DNA from: Octopus bimaculoides
Taxonomy: Eukaryota
Reading direction: 5' to 3'
Assembly (NCBI RefSeq): GCF_001194135.2
Contig: NC_068981.1
Coordinates: 21,746,974-21,810,973, forward strand
Length of the DNA: 64,000 bases
Below are positions 53,965-63,137 of the stretch, piece by piece. The first letter of the stretch is position 1. Each line of letters starts with the position of its first letter. A program made the translations under genes and the position numbers. The notes beneath the pieces were generated by a model. That model saw only the letters and a list, made by a program, of their open reading frames with translations, did not search any database and was not told where the DNA came from.

Positions 53965-56647
53965 ATGTGTGTGCATGCATGTGTGTGTGTGGATGTGTGT
54001 GTGCATGTATGTGTGTGTGCATGTGCATGTGTCTGTGTGCATGCATGTAGGTATGTGTGTGTGTGTGTGTATGCATGTGTGGATGCATGTGTGTGTGTGC
54101 GTTAGTTTGCCTGAATATTTCCAGTAAATAACTTAAAAGAAACACCATATCATTTCCCTCCCAATCAGCACCTTGCTCTCCTGGCAGTTATAATAGCAAA
54201 ACAGGGTTGGAACCTTGTATACTGTGTCCAAAATATACTTACCAACCAAACAAGAAATCAAAAGTATGCTTCCTATGTCCATCAAATAGCAAGAGTGTAC
54301 AACTGGGAGCAAAATCAATCCATCAATGTTTATGTAAGTAACTTTATTTTCCCTCTTCAACCCTTTTGTTATCACCTTTCTGTAGAAATAGATGGCCTTC
54401 GTTTCAATTAATTTTGAAAATGACAAAAAATTTAATAAAACCTCTTACCTATTATTAAGCTGGTGTTTGGAACATAAATTAACATGAAATTTTAGATGGA
54501 GGGTTTTAATTAACATCACCTTTAAAATAGAAAGTTTGTATCGCCTCCCCGGCACTACATCGCCTCCCTGGCATTTGTGCCAGTGGCACGTGAAAAGACA
54601 TTCGAGCGAGATCATTGCCAGTGCCCCTGGACTGGCTCTTGTGCAGGTGGCATGTAAAATACACCATTTCGAGTGTGGCCGTTGCCAGTACCGCCTGACT
54701 GGTCCTCGTGCCAGTGGCACGTAAAAGCACCCACTACACTCTCAGAGTGGTTGGCATTAGGAAGGGCATCCAGCTGTAGAAACTCTGCCAAATCAGATTG
54801 GAGCCTGGTGTCGCCTCCTGGTCCACCAGTCCTCAGTCAAGTCGTCCAACCCATGCTAGCATGGAAAGCAGACGTTAAACGACGATGATGACGATGATGA
54901 TGTATCATAGAAATGTAAATAATGCCTTTTGAAATGTAATTAAAGTAAGTTTAACACTTTTATACAGGGGCGAACTGAGAGTATTTAAGGGCCTTCAGGC
55001 ATAACTGTTTACCAGGCCCCTTTGAAGGTGTGCTTTAGTAGAGTTAACATATAGAGCGAGGGTGCCTTAGAGTTCCAGGCCCTTGGGCAGTGCCTGATTG
55101 ACCGACAGCTCAGTCCGCCCTGCTTTTATAACTAAAATGGCTCTTCCACAATGTAATTGCTTATATTTTATTTCTATCTGAGTGAAGACACACGGCTTAG
55201 TAGTAATGGTATTTGGTTGATAATCATAAGGTTGTTAGTTTGATACCTGGTGGTGTATTGTTGTGTCCTTGAGCAAGACACTTTATTTCATGTTGCTACA
55301 ATCCACTCAGCTAGCAAAAAATGAGTTGCACCTGTAATTCAAAGGGCCAGCTTTGTCACATTCTGTGCCATGCTGAATCGCCCTGAGAACTACGTTAAGG
55401 GTATGTGGAATACTCAGCAACTTGCAAGTTAATTTCATGATCAGGTTATTCTGTTGATCTGATCAACTGGAACATTTGTTATTGTAACCAATTGCATGCC
55501 AGTTATTTCTATCAGAAAATCTAAAAAAGAATGACTTTAGTTATCCAAGTTTTGCTTCATCAAAGATTTGTCATTGTGTATCTTACGTAATATCTTTATG
55601 TATTTGCCATTCCAAAACACACAAAGAGTGTTAACTTTTCTTAAAAATTTATCTTATGGTGCCAGTAAAATAAACAATCTCTGTGTGTTTTTGAGTGACT
55701 AACATATGTCTTTCATACTGCAATTGTTTTAGTTTCAATAGAGCCACAGATGTAATCATTTGCCTGGTAAGTATACCTCCGAAATATCCTTATGCATATC
55801 CTTGCTTCAATTTTTTTTAAAAACTCTACAGATAAAGACCACTGTAAAAAATCAGGATCATCCTCATCTGTATGTGAGAACAATGGCATTTGTCACAATA
55901 ACTATGACAATTTCACCTGTGAATGCTCGGATGGATATGAAGGTAAACAATGTGAAACAAATATTGATGAATGTTTGAAGAACAAATGTTATAATGGAGG
56001 AACCTGCTATGATGGAATCTTCAGATTTACTTGTAAATGTCGTCCAGGATACACAGGTATGTAAATTAGGTTTTAACCCTTTCATTATCGTATTTATTTT
56101 GAAATGCTCTGTGCTTCTTTCAATTAATTTTAAACATAACAAAGAATTTAGTAAAATAACTTTGTTATCATTCAGCTAGTGTTTGGAACATAAATTGTGA
56201 CTAAGGTTTGGTGGAAGATTTTAATTCAAAACTTATGAAAACAAGACATTTGTACTACAGAGCCAGAGGCGGTTTCAGACAGGTTGGTATCAAAAGGGTT
56301 TAAAATATCATGGTGACTTTAACCCCTTTGTTATCATATTTCTGTTGAGATGCTCTGTGTGTCTTTCACTTAATTTTAGATATAACAAAGAATTTAGTAA
56401 AATAACTTAGTTATCATTAAGCTAGTGTTAGGAACATAAATTGTGATTAAGGTTTGGTGGAAGATTTTAATTCAAAACTTATGAAAACAAGACATTTGTA
56501 CTACAAAGCCAGAGGTGGTTTCAGCCAGGTTGGTTTCATTTATTTTTAATGTCTACTGGGAGCAATGAACCAATGAAAGAAAGAACAAAGTCTCTCTCTC
56601 AAACTACACACTGACACACCATCCAACTCATGGAACATGGGCATGAA

Positions 56648-56691
<44 letters not shown>

Positions 56692-57782
56692 ATACATATG
56701 TGTGTATGTATGCATATGTTTGTGTAAGTATGTATGTTTGTATGTATGTATATATGTATGCATGTATGTATGTATGTATGTATGTATGTATGTATGTATG
56801 TATGTATGTATGTATGTATGTATGTATGCATGTATGTATGTATGTATGTATGAATGTTTTTATATTTGTATTGTCACTCATCATCATCATTGTTTAACGT
56901 CGGCTTTCCATGCTAGCATGGGTTGGACGATTTGACTGAGGACTGGCAAGCCAGATGGCTACACAAGGCTCCAATCTGATTTGGCAGAGTTTCTACAGCT
57001 GGATGCCCTTCCTAACGCCAACCACTCCAAGAGTGTAGTAGGTGCTTTTACGTGCCACCGGTACGAGGACCAGTCACACAGTACTGGCGATGGCCACGCT
57101 CAAAATGGTGTATTTTACGTGCCACCTGCACGGGAGCCAGTCCAGCGGCATTGGCAAAGACCTCGCCCGCTATGGATGGCAAAAATCACTTCATCAAATG
57201 GAAATGCCTTGTGGTGTTTCAAACTATCACAGTTGCCTCCCTTTGCACCTAGTCAATGTTACATTTTATCTTCCTTTGAGATTGATAAAATAAGTAGTAC
57301 TATTCAAAGTATTGGGAGAAGGGTCAATCAATATGATCAACCAAACAAAAAAAAAATCCTTTGAAGACAATGCCTTAGCATAGCCACAATCCAATGAATA
57401 GAACCAGCAAAAGAATGGAAGAATAAAGTTAACAACTTGGCTGATTAACTTGATCCATTAATCAACTTAATAACACCAAATGGGCCGTGGGTGACTTTAC
57501 AAGAGTTTGATTCTGCTGCAAGCATCCAGGTCAGGTCTACAATAATCTTCTTCCTTCCCCCAACCCAATATTCACATCACCGTTTAACATTTGCTTTTCC
57601 ATGCTTGTGCGGATTACATCAAATTTGTTGAGACAGATTTTCGACAGCTGGATACCCTTCCTGTCACCAACCCTTACCTGTTTCCAAGCAAGGTAATGTT
57701 TTCTCATGACCAGACATGTTTTTCACAGAAGACTGGAAAAAAAACCAACGCTGTCTGTCTGATGGTGATGCTCTGTACGCAT

Positions 57783-57834
<52 letters not shown>

Positions 57835-59798
57835 CTGTATCTATATCTATCTGTCTGTCTGTCTGTCTGTCTATCTACCTTTCTATCTATCTGTCTGTCT
57901 GTCTATCTATCTATCTGTCTGTTTGTCTGTCCGTCCGTCCATCCGTCTCCGTCCGTCTGTCTGTCTGTCTGTCTGTCCGTCCATCCGTCCATCCGTCCGT
58001 CCGTCCGTCTGTCTGTCTGTCTGTCCGTCTGTCTGTCTATCTATCTATTACCTGTGTGTTAGTGTGTGTACATATTTGTGTGTATGCATGTGTGTATGTG
58101 TGTGTGTGAGTGTGATCAATTCATAGAAGGTATTTGAGCATTGGACAGTATGTATTGCAGTATTTGTTTCAGTTCACTGCATTCTGAGTTCAAATCCTGC
58201 TGAAGTCTGCTTTTCTTCCCATCCTTCAGGATTGTATTCAGATCCCTCTCTCTTCCTCTCTCTCTCTCTCTCTCCATCTGTCACATTCTGGATGTTCTCG
58301 GTTAAGGGTAAGAGAGCAAAGATAGTATCTGTATCTCCTCACAAAGCTTTACTTGGCTCAGGGCTATAGAAGAAAACATTTGTCCCGGGTGCCATGCAGT
58401 AGAATTGAACTCAATACCACATAGTTGGGAAGCAAGCTTCTTGACCACACAACCATGGTTCTGTTTAAAAAGTGAAGCTTACCACACCTAGGTTTCCCAA
58501 GTGGTAACTCATCTAAGTAAAATAACTTAGTAATTATTAAGTTAGCATTAGGAACATAAATTGTGACTAAAGTTTTGGTGGAAGATCTTAATTCAAAACT
58601 TATGATTCTATGTAATATGACCATAGACATAGCCCTGAAAAGGCTTTTGGTAAGGAATTTCAACCATGTTTCGTGGTCTGCTACCACAACAGCTCCTTTA
58701 TAGGATCCAGTTAGCTCAAGACATCATCAGGAGGAACCACGTCCGGTTTCGGCCCCTACTCCTCTACCGTTTTGACGTGGCGGGGCCACCCCTTTTCGGA
58801 GGTGTCTTCAGCTCTGGTGTTGGGTGCATGTCTTCTTTCACTGTTTGTGACTGTTCTAATTCAACTGTGGAATGTCCCTCGCTATGGTTATTTTCCAGGA
58901 GGTTCTGGCCACACGTCTTACGGTTCATCAACCCGCGTTGTTGAATTACTTTCTTCCGACATACCTTTCTCTTCTAATAACAATAATTGGGATTGATTAA
59001 GTAACGCAATCAATTACTTATTTATTCAATTTTACTCTTGTTTGCTCCCGTTTCATCAGGTCATCAGTGTGAAGAGGAGATCAATGAGTGTGATACTTCT
59101 CCTTGTAAAAATAATGGATCATGTGAAGATCAATTGAATGGTTTCAAGTGTTATTGTCCACAACAGTTCAGTGGTAAATATTGTGAGACTGAATTTAGTT
59201 ACTGTCATTCTTCTCCTTGTTCCCATCATGGTGTCTGTGAACATCTGGGATATACTTTCCGCTGTCATTGTGATCCTGGATTTACTGGTGAGTATATCAT
59301 TTGCCTTATAATACCTTTATTCTATGTTAAATGTATATCTAGTTATATCTAGCTATCTTTATGCATATACGTGTGTATATACATGTATATATATGTATGT
59401 ATATATATTTTTATATGTGCTGGTGGCACGTGAACAAAACATTCAAGTGAGGTTGTTGCCAGTGCCACTGGACTGACTCCTGTGCAGGTGGCACATATAA
59501 AACACCTTTTGAGTGTGGCTGTTGCCAGTACCATCAGACTGGCCCTCATGCCAGTGGTGCGTAAAAGCACCCACTACACTCTCAGAGTGGTTGGCGTTAG
59601 GAAGGGCATCCAGCTGTAGAAACCCTGCCAGATCAGATTGGAGCATGGTGCAGCCTTCTGGCTGGCCAGTCCTCAGTCAAATCTTCCAACCCATGCTAGC
59701 ATGGAAAGCAGACGTTAAACGATGATGATGATGATGATGATATATATTTTTATATATATATTTCACTGTCACTTTGATGGCATGCACTGCTCTCTCAC

Positions 59799-59835
<37 letters not shown>

Positions 59836-60330
59836 AACAGAAATGAAGATTTTGATGGATTGTTCTTTATGTATCCGTTATTAGGCAGACATTGTAATCA
59901 GATAATTGACCAATGTAGATCTCATCAGTGTTTGAATGGTGGTTCCTGCAAGAATTCATTAAACTTTCCAGTCTGCGACTGTTTGCCTGGTTTCACTGGT
60001 AAGATAACATTTTATCATTTAAATGAGAAGATACGCAGCCACAGACATTTTCTCTCTCTCTCTCCCTCTCACATACACTCTTTCACAATTTCTTGCACTT
60101 TCTCTTTTTCTCCTCTCTCCTCTCTTTCACCTGAGTTTTTCTCCTCTTTTCTCCTTTCCCTCTTCCTCCCTTCTCTATGTCACTCTAACTCTTACAAAAT
60201 CTATTATATTCTCTCTCTCTCTCTCTCTCATGCACATATATGAACAGACAACCACACACACACACATACATGTGCACATGTAAATACTCATACTCATACA
60301 CATAAATCTACATGGAAGTATACATATATG

Positions 60331-60396
<66 letters not shown>

Positions 60397-60465
60397 GGGT
60401 GCGGTGGATAAATTGTGTCTATATTACACAAAAAGTAAAATAACATTGACATCTCNNNNNNNNNN

Positions 60466-60500
<35 letters not shown>

Positions 60501-62202
60501 GGGTGCGGTGGATAAATTGTGTCTATATTACACAAAAAGTAAAATAACATTGACATCTCATTTTAACAGATATATTTACCAAAATTACATAAAAATATCT
60601 TGAAATATTAAAGAGAAAATTTGTTTTAAAAATCGCCATTGGCTTCAACCACGGCCTCCAAACAACTTTGGAATCTCCTGCAACTCTTCAGGACAGTGTC
60701 CTTGTTTAAGTTGGATCACCTATACATCATCCTCATGAAGACACTGATCGCCTATACATCAAGGGAGCAAATGGAGGAAGGAGACTGATAAGTGTGGAAG
60801 ACTGCGTGCATATCAAACTTGAGAGCTTAATGAGATACCTAGCCCAAAGTAAGGAAACCTTGCTAGTGACAGTTAGGAACACGGGAGTATTGAGAGCAGA
60901 GAAAATAGGAAAACAAAGGATGAAGTACAAAAAGAACATGTAGAAGAATTACGCAAGAAGAGACTATGCAATCAATTCCATGTAGCCACAACAGAAGTTT
61001 CTGTAAAAAATAGTTGAGCCTGGCTGATGAAAGGAACCCTGAAAAAAGAGACTGAGAGTACTATATTGGCAGCACAGGACCAAGCTCTGGCCACAAACTG
61101 CAGGGTCAAACTGAGGAATGAGTAAGTGTTTCCACTGAGCTGAATGTGCAATAGAGTGGATGAAACCATTGCCCATATTACGAATGAATGCCCTAGACCT
61201 GCCCAAAACCATTACAAGTTGTAGCGACATGACCAGGTAGTGAAAGGGCTACATTGGAAACTGTGCGAAAAAGTGAGGGCTAGAGAGACTAGCAAAATCC
61301 TCTGGGATTTCCCAATCCAAACATATCAAGTGCTAGAGCATAACAGACTGGACCTGGTGGTGGTGGTGGTCAAGGTGTACCACATATGCTATATAATTGA
61401 TGTTGCATGCCCTTTTGACCCGCGAATAGTCAAGAACGAAGGCAAAAAGATAGATACAACCCTCTAAGTGTGAAATGGCCCAGCTGTGGAAAATGAAGAA
61501 GGTGAAGATAGTGTCAGTTATTGTTGAGTCCTTGGGAACAGTATGAGAAGGCATCAAGGAAATTGGAATAGAGAGCCCAGTAGAACTGTTACAAAAGGTT
61601 TGCCTCCTTGGCACAGCCAGAATAATCAGGAAAGTATTAGATTACTGAAAAGAACAAATGGCATGGTACTGTAGGCTGTAGGTAGTAAGACCATTATGCA
61701 TGCAAGACTCCAGGAGCTCCAACAAAACCTGTGTTAAAGAGAAGATAATAATTATAATAATGATAATAATAACGATAATAATAAAATTGGAACTGTTATC
61801 ATATGCATATTTTGTCTTGATGTAAAAGATGAGTTACAGCAAATATTCTCTACCACAGATTTGCTTGTCAGTTGAGCATGTCCCTTGGTAACTGTGCATC
61901 TCTGATCATGAGCAGAAGTAGTGGGGGAGCATCATAGCCATGTGTTGAGTGGAATTCTTTGGGATTTGAATAATTTACCTCTGGAAACATGGGTGTTTCG
62001 TTCAACATCCTTAAACAACTCTTATTCAGAAGAAAATTTTAATTGGGTCCCCCCACTGCAAAGTCATGCACTGTTTATCTTGATATAAGATCTCCATTCT
62101 GTGCACATATGGTTGTGAAGCATGTGCCTAGTGTACCCTTATCAGACAGGTAATCATGATGGGTAACTTGTCACCTTGATGGCATGCACTGCTCTCTGAT
62201 TC

Positions 62203-62233
<31 letters not shown>

Positions 62234-62880
62234 GCAACAACAAGGTATAAGACAATGACCAGGCCACAATCATCTGAGATATGCTGGTTCAAACTATCAG
62301 ATAAATAAAAGCTAATCACCCAGACAAAAAAGAAACGTCTGCTTACTGATAGACATTGCAATTATAATAATAATAATGTTTGTCCATCATTGTCAATGAT
62401 ACCCAAGGATATCACATGTAAAAAGAAGATGCGTCACAGTGCATCTGGCTGTAGTCAATCAAGCTGATGCATACTTAGAAGGTTCTGCTGCAGGTTGGGC
62501 ACTGGCTGTCTGCTGGCAATGAAGGTGAGGAGTTGGTTCTGGACTTGTGCAACTCGCATTTTCTTTGTGCTCCTGTGATCCTGTTCTGTTTGTGGGAGGT
62601 GGCATATACAAACATACAAATACACACACACACACACACACTACTCAATCATATACACAAACATACACACATATAGAATATGGAAAGAGCGATTGAGAAA
62701 GTTTTATGAATAATGTTTGCAAAATGTAATATTTGTCTTCTATTTCAGGACAAAAATGTGAAAACGAGGTTGATGAATGTAAGTTTCAGAGGTGTAAACA
62801 TGGTGGACAATGTATTGACCTATTCAATGACTATCATTGTTCCTGTATTGATGGATACGCTGGCAAGAACTGTCAACAAG
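24351..62880 (+). CDS. SVEP1: SVEP1/polydom-like multidomain extracellular matrix protein; 16 coding exons, 3' incomplete (continues beyond window)
   Basis: Manual splicing of 16 exons gives one open frame of 3847 nt. All introns are GT-AG and phase 1, and every internal exon length is a multiple of 3. The domain order vWA, EGF, ephrin-receptor-like Cys repeat, sushi x3, HYR x2, linker, Cys repeat x3, EGF x6 matches the known N-terminal half of SVEP1. Strict orthology was not tested. Confidence 0.88.
25749..25898 (+). CDS. SVEP1: Exon 2: EGF-like domain
   Basis: tttcag acceptor; [37 protein letters not shown]; donor GTAAGT; 150 nt, phase 1-1. Confidence 0.93.
28703..28858 (+). CDS. SVEP1: Exon 3: ephrin-receptor-like (GCC2/GCC3) Cys-rich repeat
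   Basis: ttgcag acceptor; [51 protein letters not shown]; donor GTAAGT; 156 nt. Confidence 0.93.
28988..29206 (+). CDS. SVEP1: Exon 4: sushi/CCP domain 1 (not in ORF track)
   Basis: Hand translation [72 protein letters not shown]; tttcag acceptor; GTAGGT donor; 219 nt. Confidence 0.93.
30350..30541 (+). CDS. SVEP1: Exon 5: sushi/CCP domain 2
   Basis: [63 protein letters not shown]; ctcatag acceptor; GTAAGT donor; 192 nt. Confidence 0.93.
30870..31081. mobile_element. Tc1/mariner-type MITE with internal 85-bp tandem duplication
   Basis: TIRs cagggtgtccacaaggtctgggtacatgg and ccatgtacccagactttgtggacaccctg with TA flanks. Confidence 0.88.
31704..31895 (+). CDS. SVEP1: Exon 6: sushi/CCP domain 3
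   Basis: [63 protein letters not shown]; tttcag acceptor; GTAAGA donor; 192 nt. Confidence 0.93.
33809..34057 (+). CDS. SVEP1: Exon 7: HYR domain 1
   Basis: [15 protein letters not shown]...[26 protein letters not shown] fits the HYR pattern D..P...CP...A.D.AGN...C; cttcag acceptor; GTAAGT donor; 249 nt. Confidence 0.92.
34470..34850 (-). promoter_or_regulatory. CpG-rich candidate antisense promoter/first exon, probably TE-derived
   Basis: CRE tgacgtca at 34837-34844, an ETS-core array, a CCAAT at 34641, and a minus-strand donor AG|GTAAGC (plus-strand gcttacct at 34473-34480). Confidence 0.45.
34672..34815. repeat. 17-bp minisatellite (ttccggtcagctcccag), 8 units plus 1 degenerate
   Basis: TTCCGG at 34672, 34689, 34706, 34723, 34740, 34757, 34774 and 34791, and TTCCAG at 34808. 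Confidence 0.95.
35248..35413. mobile_element. Small palindromic MITE
   Basis: tagccattcaaaaacacacaaaactgttaacttca versus tgaagttaacaatgtttctgtgtttttgaatgacta. A shorter relative lies at about 55605-55703. Confidence 0.6.
37270..37485 (-). pseudogene. Restriction-like endonuclease fragment of an R4/NeSL-type non-LTR element
   Basis: [36 protein letters not shown] resembles the HNRPDI..WD...C...E/D motif. Confidence 0.65.
37556..37822 (+). mobile_element. 5'-truncated RTE (BovB-like) LINE 3' end with C-terminal zinc finger
   Basis: [23 protein letters not shown]...[23 protein letters not shown]; CpG-rich; (ATGT)n on both sides. Confidence 0.75.
37927..38166 (+). CDS. SVEP1: Exon 8: HYR domain 2
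   Basis: [27 protein letters not shown]...[10 protein letters not shown]...CIFSITLG; ttgcag acceptor; phase-1 donor GTAGGT at 38167. An alternative GTATTT donor at 38171 would be phase 2. Confidence 0.88.
38207..39560. repeat. Long (CAT/CAC)n trinucleotide array spanning a gap
   Basis: Seen directly on both sides of the N run at 38452-39298. Confidence 0.95.
41465..41990. repeat. Complex (AC)-rich array with higher-order duplication
   Basis: The blocks atgctcaaacacataatgcacac and catacagagacaaacatagacactcatacacacttgcaca each occur twice. Confidence 0.85.
44870..45397 (+). CDS. SVEP1: Exon 9: linker (SEA-like) region with furin-type basic sites
   Basis: [22 protein letters not shown]...[18 protein letters not shown]...LKIRFKIVG...[18 protein letters not shown]. 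Branch-like tctaact about 35 nt upstream of the ccacag acceptor; GTGAGT donor; 528 nt. Confidence 0.85.
46461..46699. mobile_element. hAT (Charlie-like) MITE
   Basis: TIRs cagtgcttctcaacca and tggttgagaaccacta; 8-bp flanks aactaaat and aactaaaa. Confidence 0.8.
47031..47186 (+). CDS. SVEP1: Exon 10: ephrin-receptor-like Cys-rich repeat
   Basis: [51 protein letters not shown]; ttgcag acceptor; GTATGT donor; 156 nt. Confidence 0.93.
47293..48570 (-). mobile_element. Tc1-like transposon, near full length, inactive
   Basis: TIRs caggggttggacaaaataatggaaa and tttccattattttgtccaacccctg with TA flanks; 1278 bp. Confidence 0.93.
47345..48381 (-). pseudogene. Tc1 (DD34E-type) transposase pseudogene
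   Basis: [17 protein letters not shown]..., [34 protein letters not shown] and AKGGPTPY*, with several in-frame stops. Confidence 0.9.
48795..49442 (+). mobile_element. 5'-truncated RTE LINE (RT C-terminus + 3' UTR + (GAT)n tail)
   Basis: [15 protein letters not shown]...[12 protein letters not shown], then a gap, then the family 3' tail. Confidence 0.9.
49690..51010. repeat. Highly degenerate ancient minisatellite (about acagtttctatag), interrupted at about 50245-50850
   Basis: Recurrent variants of cagtttctat/gcttctat at short spacing in two blocks. Confidence 0.6.
51192..51353 (+). CDS. SVEP1: Exon 11: ephrin-receptor-like Cys-rich repeat (correct frame not in ORF track)
   Basis: Hand translation [53 protein letters not shown]; tttcag acceptor; GTAAGT donor; 162 nt. 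Confidence 0.92.
54169..54333 (+). CDS. SVEP1: Exon 12: ephrin-receptor-like Cys-rich repeat (not in ORF track)
   Basis: Hand translation [54 protein letters not shown]; ttccctcccaatcag acceptor; GTAAGT donor; 165 nt. Confidence 0.92.
54965..55122. mobile_element. hAT MITE with perfect 8-bp TSD
   Basis: TIRs caggggcgaactgag and ctcagtccgccctg; TSD cttttata at 54957-54964 and 55123-55130. Confidence 0.88.
55832..56056 (+). CDS. SVEP1: Exon 13: EGF-like domains 1-2
   Basis: [74 protein letters not shown]; ctacag acceptor; GTATGT donor; 225 nt. Confidence 0.93.
56077..56537. mobile_element. Two tandem piggyBac-like MITEs
   Basis: Copy 1 runs ttaa|ccctttc...aaaggg|ttta (56077-56298) and copy 2 starts ttaa|cccctttg at 56323. 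Related fragments lie at about 54466-54540 and 58520-58605. Confidence 0.7.
57781..58110. repeat. Compound microsatellite (AC)n-(TCTA)n-(TCTG)n-(TCCG)n-(TG)n
   Basis: Seen directly. Confidence 0.95.
58611..58982. mobile_element. GC/CpG-rich insertion, possibly a solo LTR
   Basis: Starts tgtaata and ends aataaca, is much more GC-rich than its flanks, and truncates a MITE on its left. No TSD was found. Confidence 0.4.
59060..59287 (+). CDS. SVEP1: Exon 14: EGF-like domains 3-4
   Basis: [75 protein letters not shown]; catcag acceptor; GTGAGT donor; 228 nt. Confidence 0.94.
59885..59998 (+). CDS. SVEP1: Exon 15: EGF-like domain 5
   Basis: [37 protein letters not shown]; attag acceptor; GTAAGA donor; 114 nt. 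Confidence 0.92.
60493..60735. mobile_element. One end of a Tc1/mariner-superfamily DNA transposon
   Basis: cagggtgcggtggataaattg terminus after (TA)n. A related end lies at about 63757-64000. Confidence 0.55.
60735..61785 (+). mobile_element. R4/Dong-like non-LTR retrotransposon 3' fragment
   Basis: [17 protein letters not shown], a decayed CCHC knuckle ([17 protein letters not shown]), RHDQV..LHWKLC, an RLE motif [15 protein letters not shown]...IIDVACPFD, and an (AAT)-rich tail. Confidence 0.82.
62405..62600 (-). mobile_element. Decayed RTE-type 3' end (zinc-finger remnant)
   Basis: Frameshifted remnants [10 protein letters not shown]...CPTCSRTF resemble the C-terminus at 37556-37750. 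Confidence 0.45.
62749..62880 (+). CDS. SVEP1: Exon 16: EGF-like domain 6
   Basis: [43 protein letters not shown]; tttcag acceptor; GTGAGT donor; 132 nt. Confidence 0.93.
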
Positions 62881-62983
62881 GTGAGTTGTTTATATATATA
62901 TATATTGGGAGAATTCACGAAAAACAACAAACAAATACAGGTGGTGTAAACAACAAATGGATGTATTAATATAACGAGAAAGT

Positions 62984-63019
62984 CTTTAACGTTTCGAGCC
63001 TACGCTCTTCAATAGAAAG
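62984..63019 (-). ncRNA. Minimal type I hammerhead-like motif within a Penelope-like terminal fragment (about 62904-63106)
   Basis: Minus strand reads cttt-CTATTGA-A-gagc(gtag)gctc-GAA-acgt-T-aaag: stem II is 4 bp, stem III is palindromic acgt, and stem I is cttt/aaag. The core deviates from CUGANGA at two positions. Confidence 0.45.
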
Positions 63020-63106
63020 GTACACAGAAAGAAACAAGGAGAGAAAAAAAAAGCAAATATGTGTAGTGGTCAGCAATCTATCATGGCGAATGCCGGACAG
63101 AAGGGT

Positions 63107-63137
<31 letters not shown>

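Noticed and set aside
55742-55766. Micro-exon ending in a strong GTAAGT donor at 55767
   Set aside because: No available acceptor gives a phase 1-1 stop-free link between exons 12 and 13, which already join in frame. It could still be a poison exon, but I have no support for that.
58660-58740. Complete hammerhead ribozyme on the minus strand
   Set aside because: Stem II and GAAA are present, but the core is truncated (ctgtt) and stem I does not pair. The upstream CTGATGA does not connect to a clean stem II.
60362-60557. About 90-bp direct duplication of a transposon end around a 10-N gap
   Set aside because: Same contig-overlap artefact.
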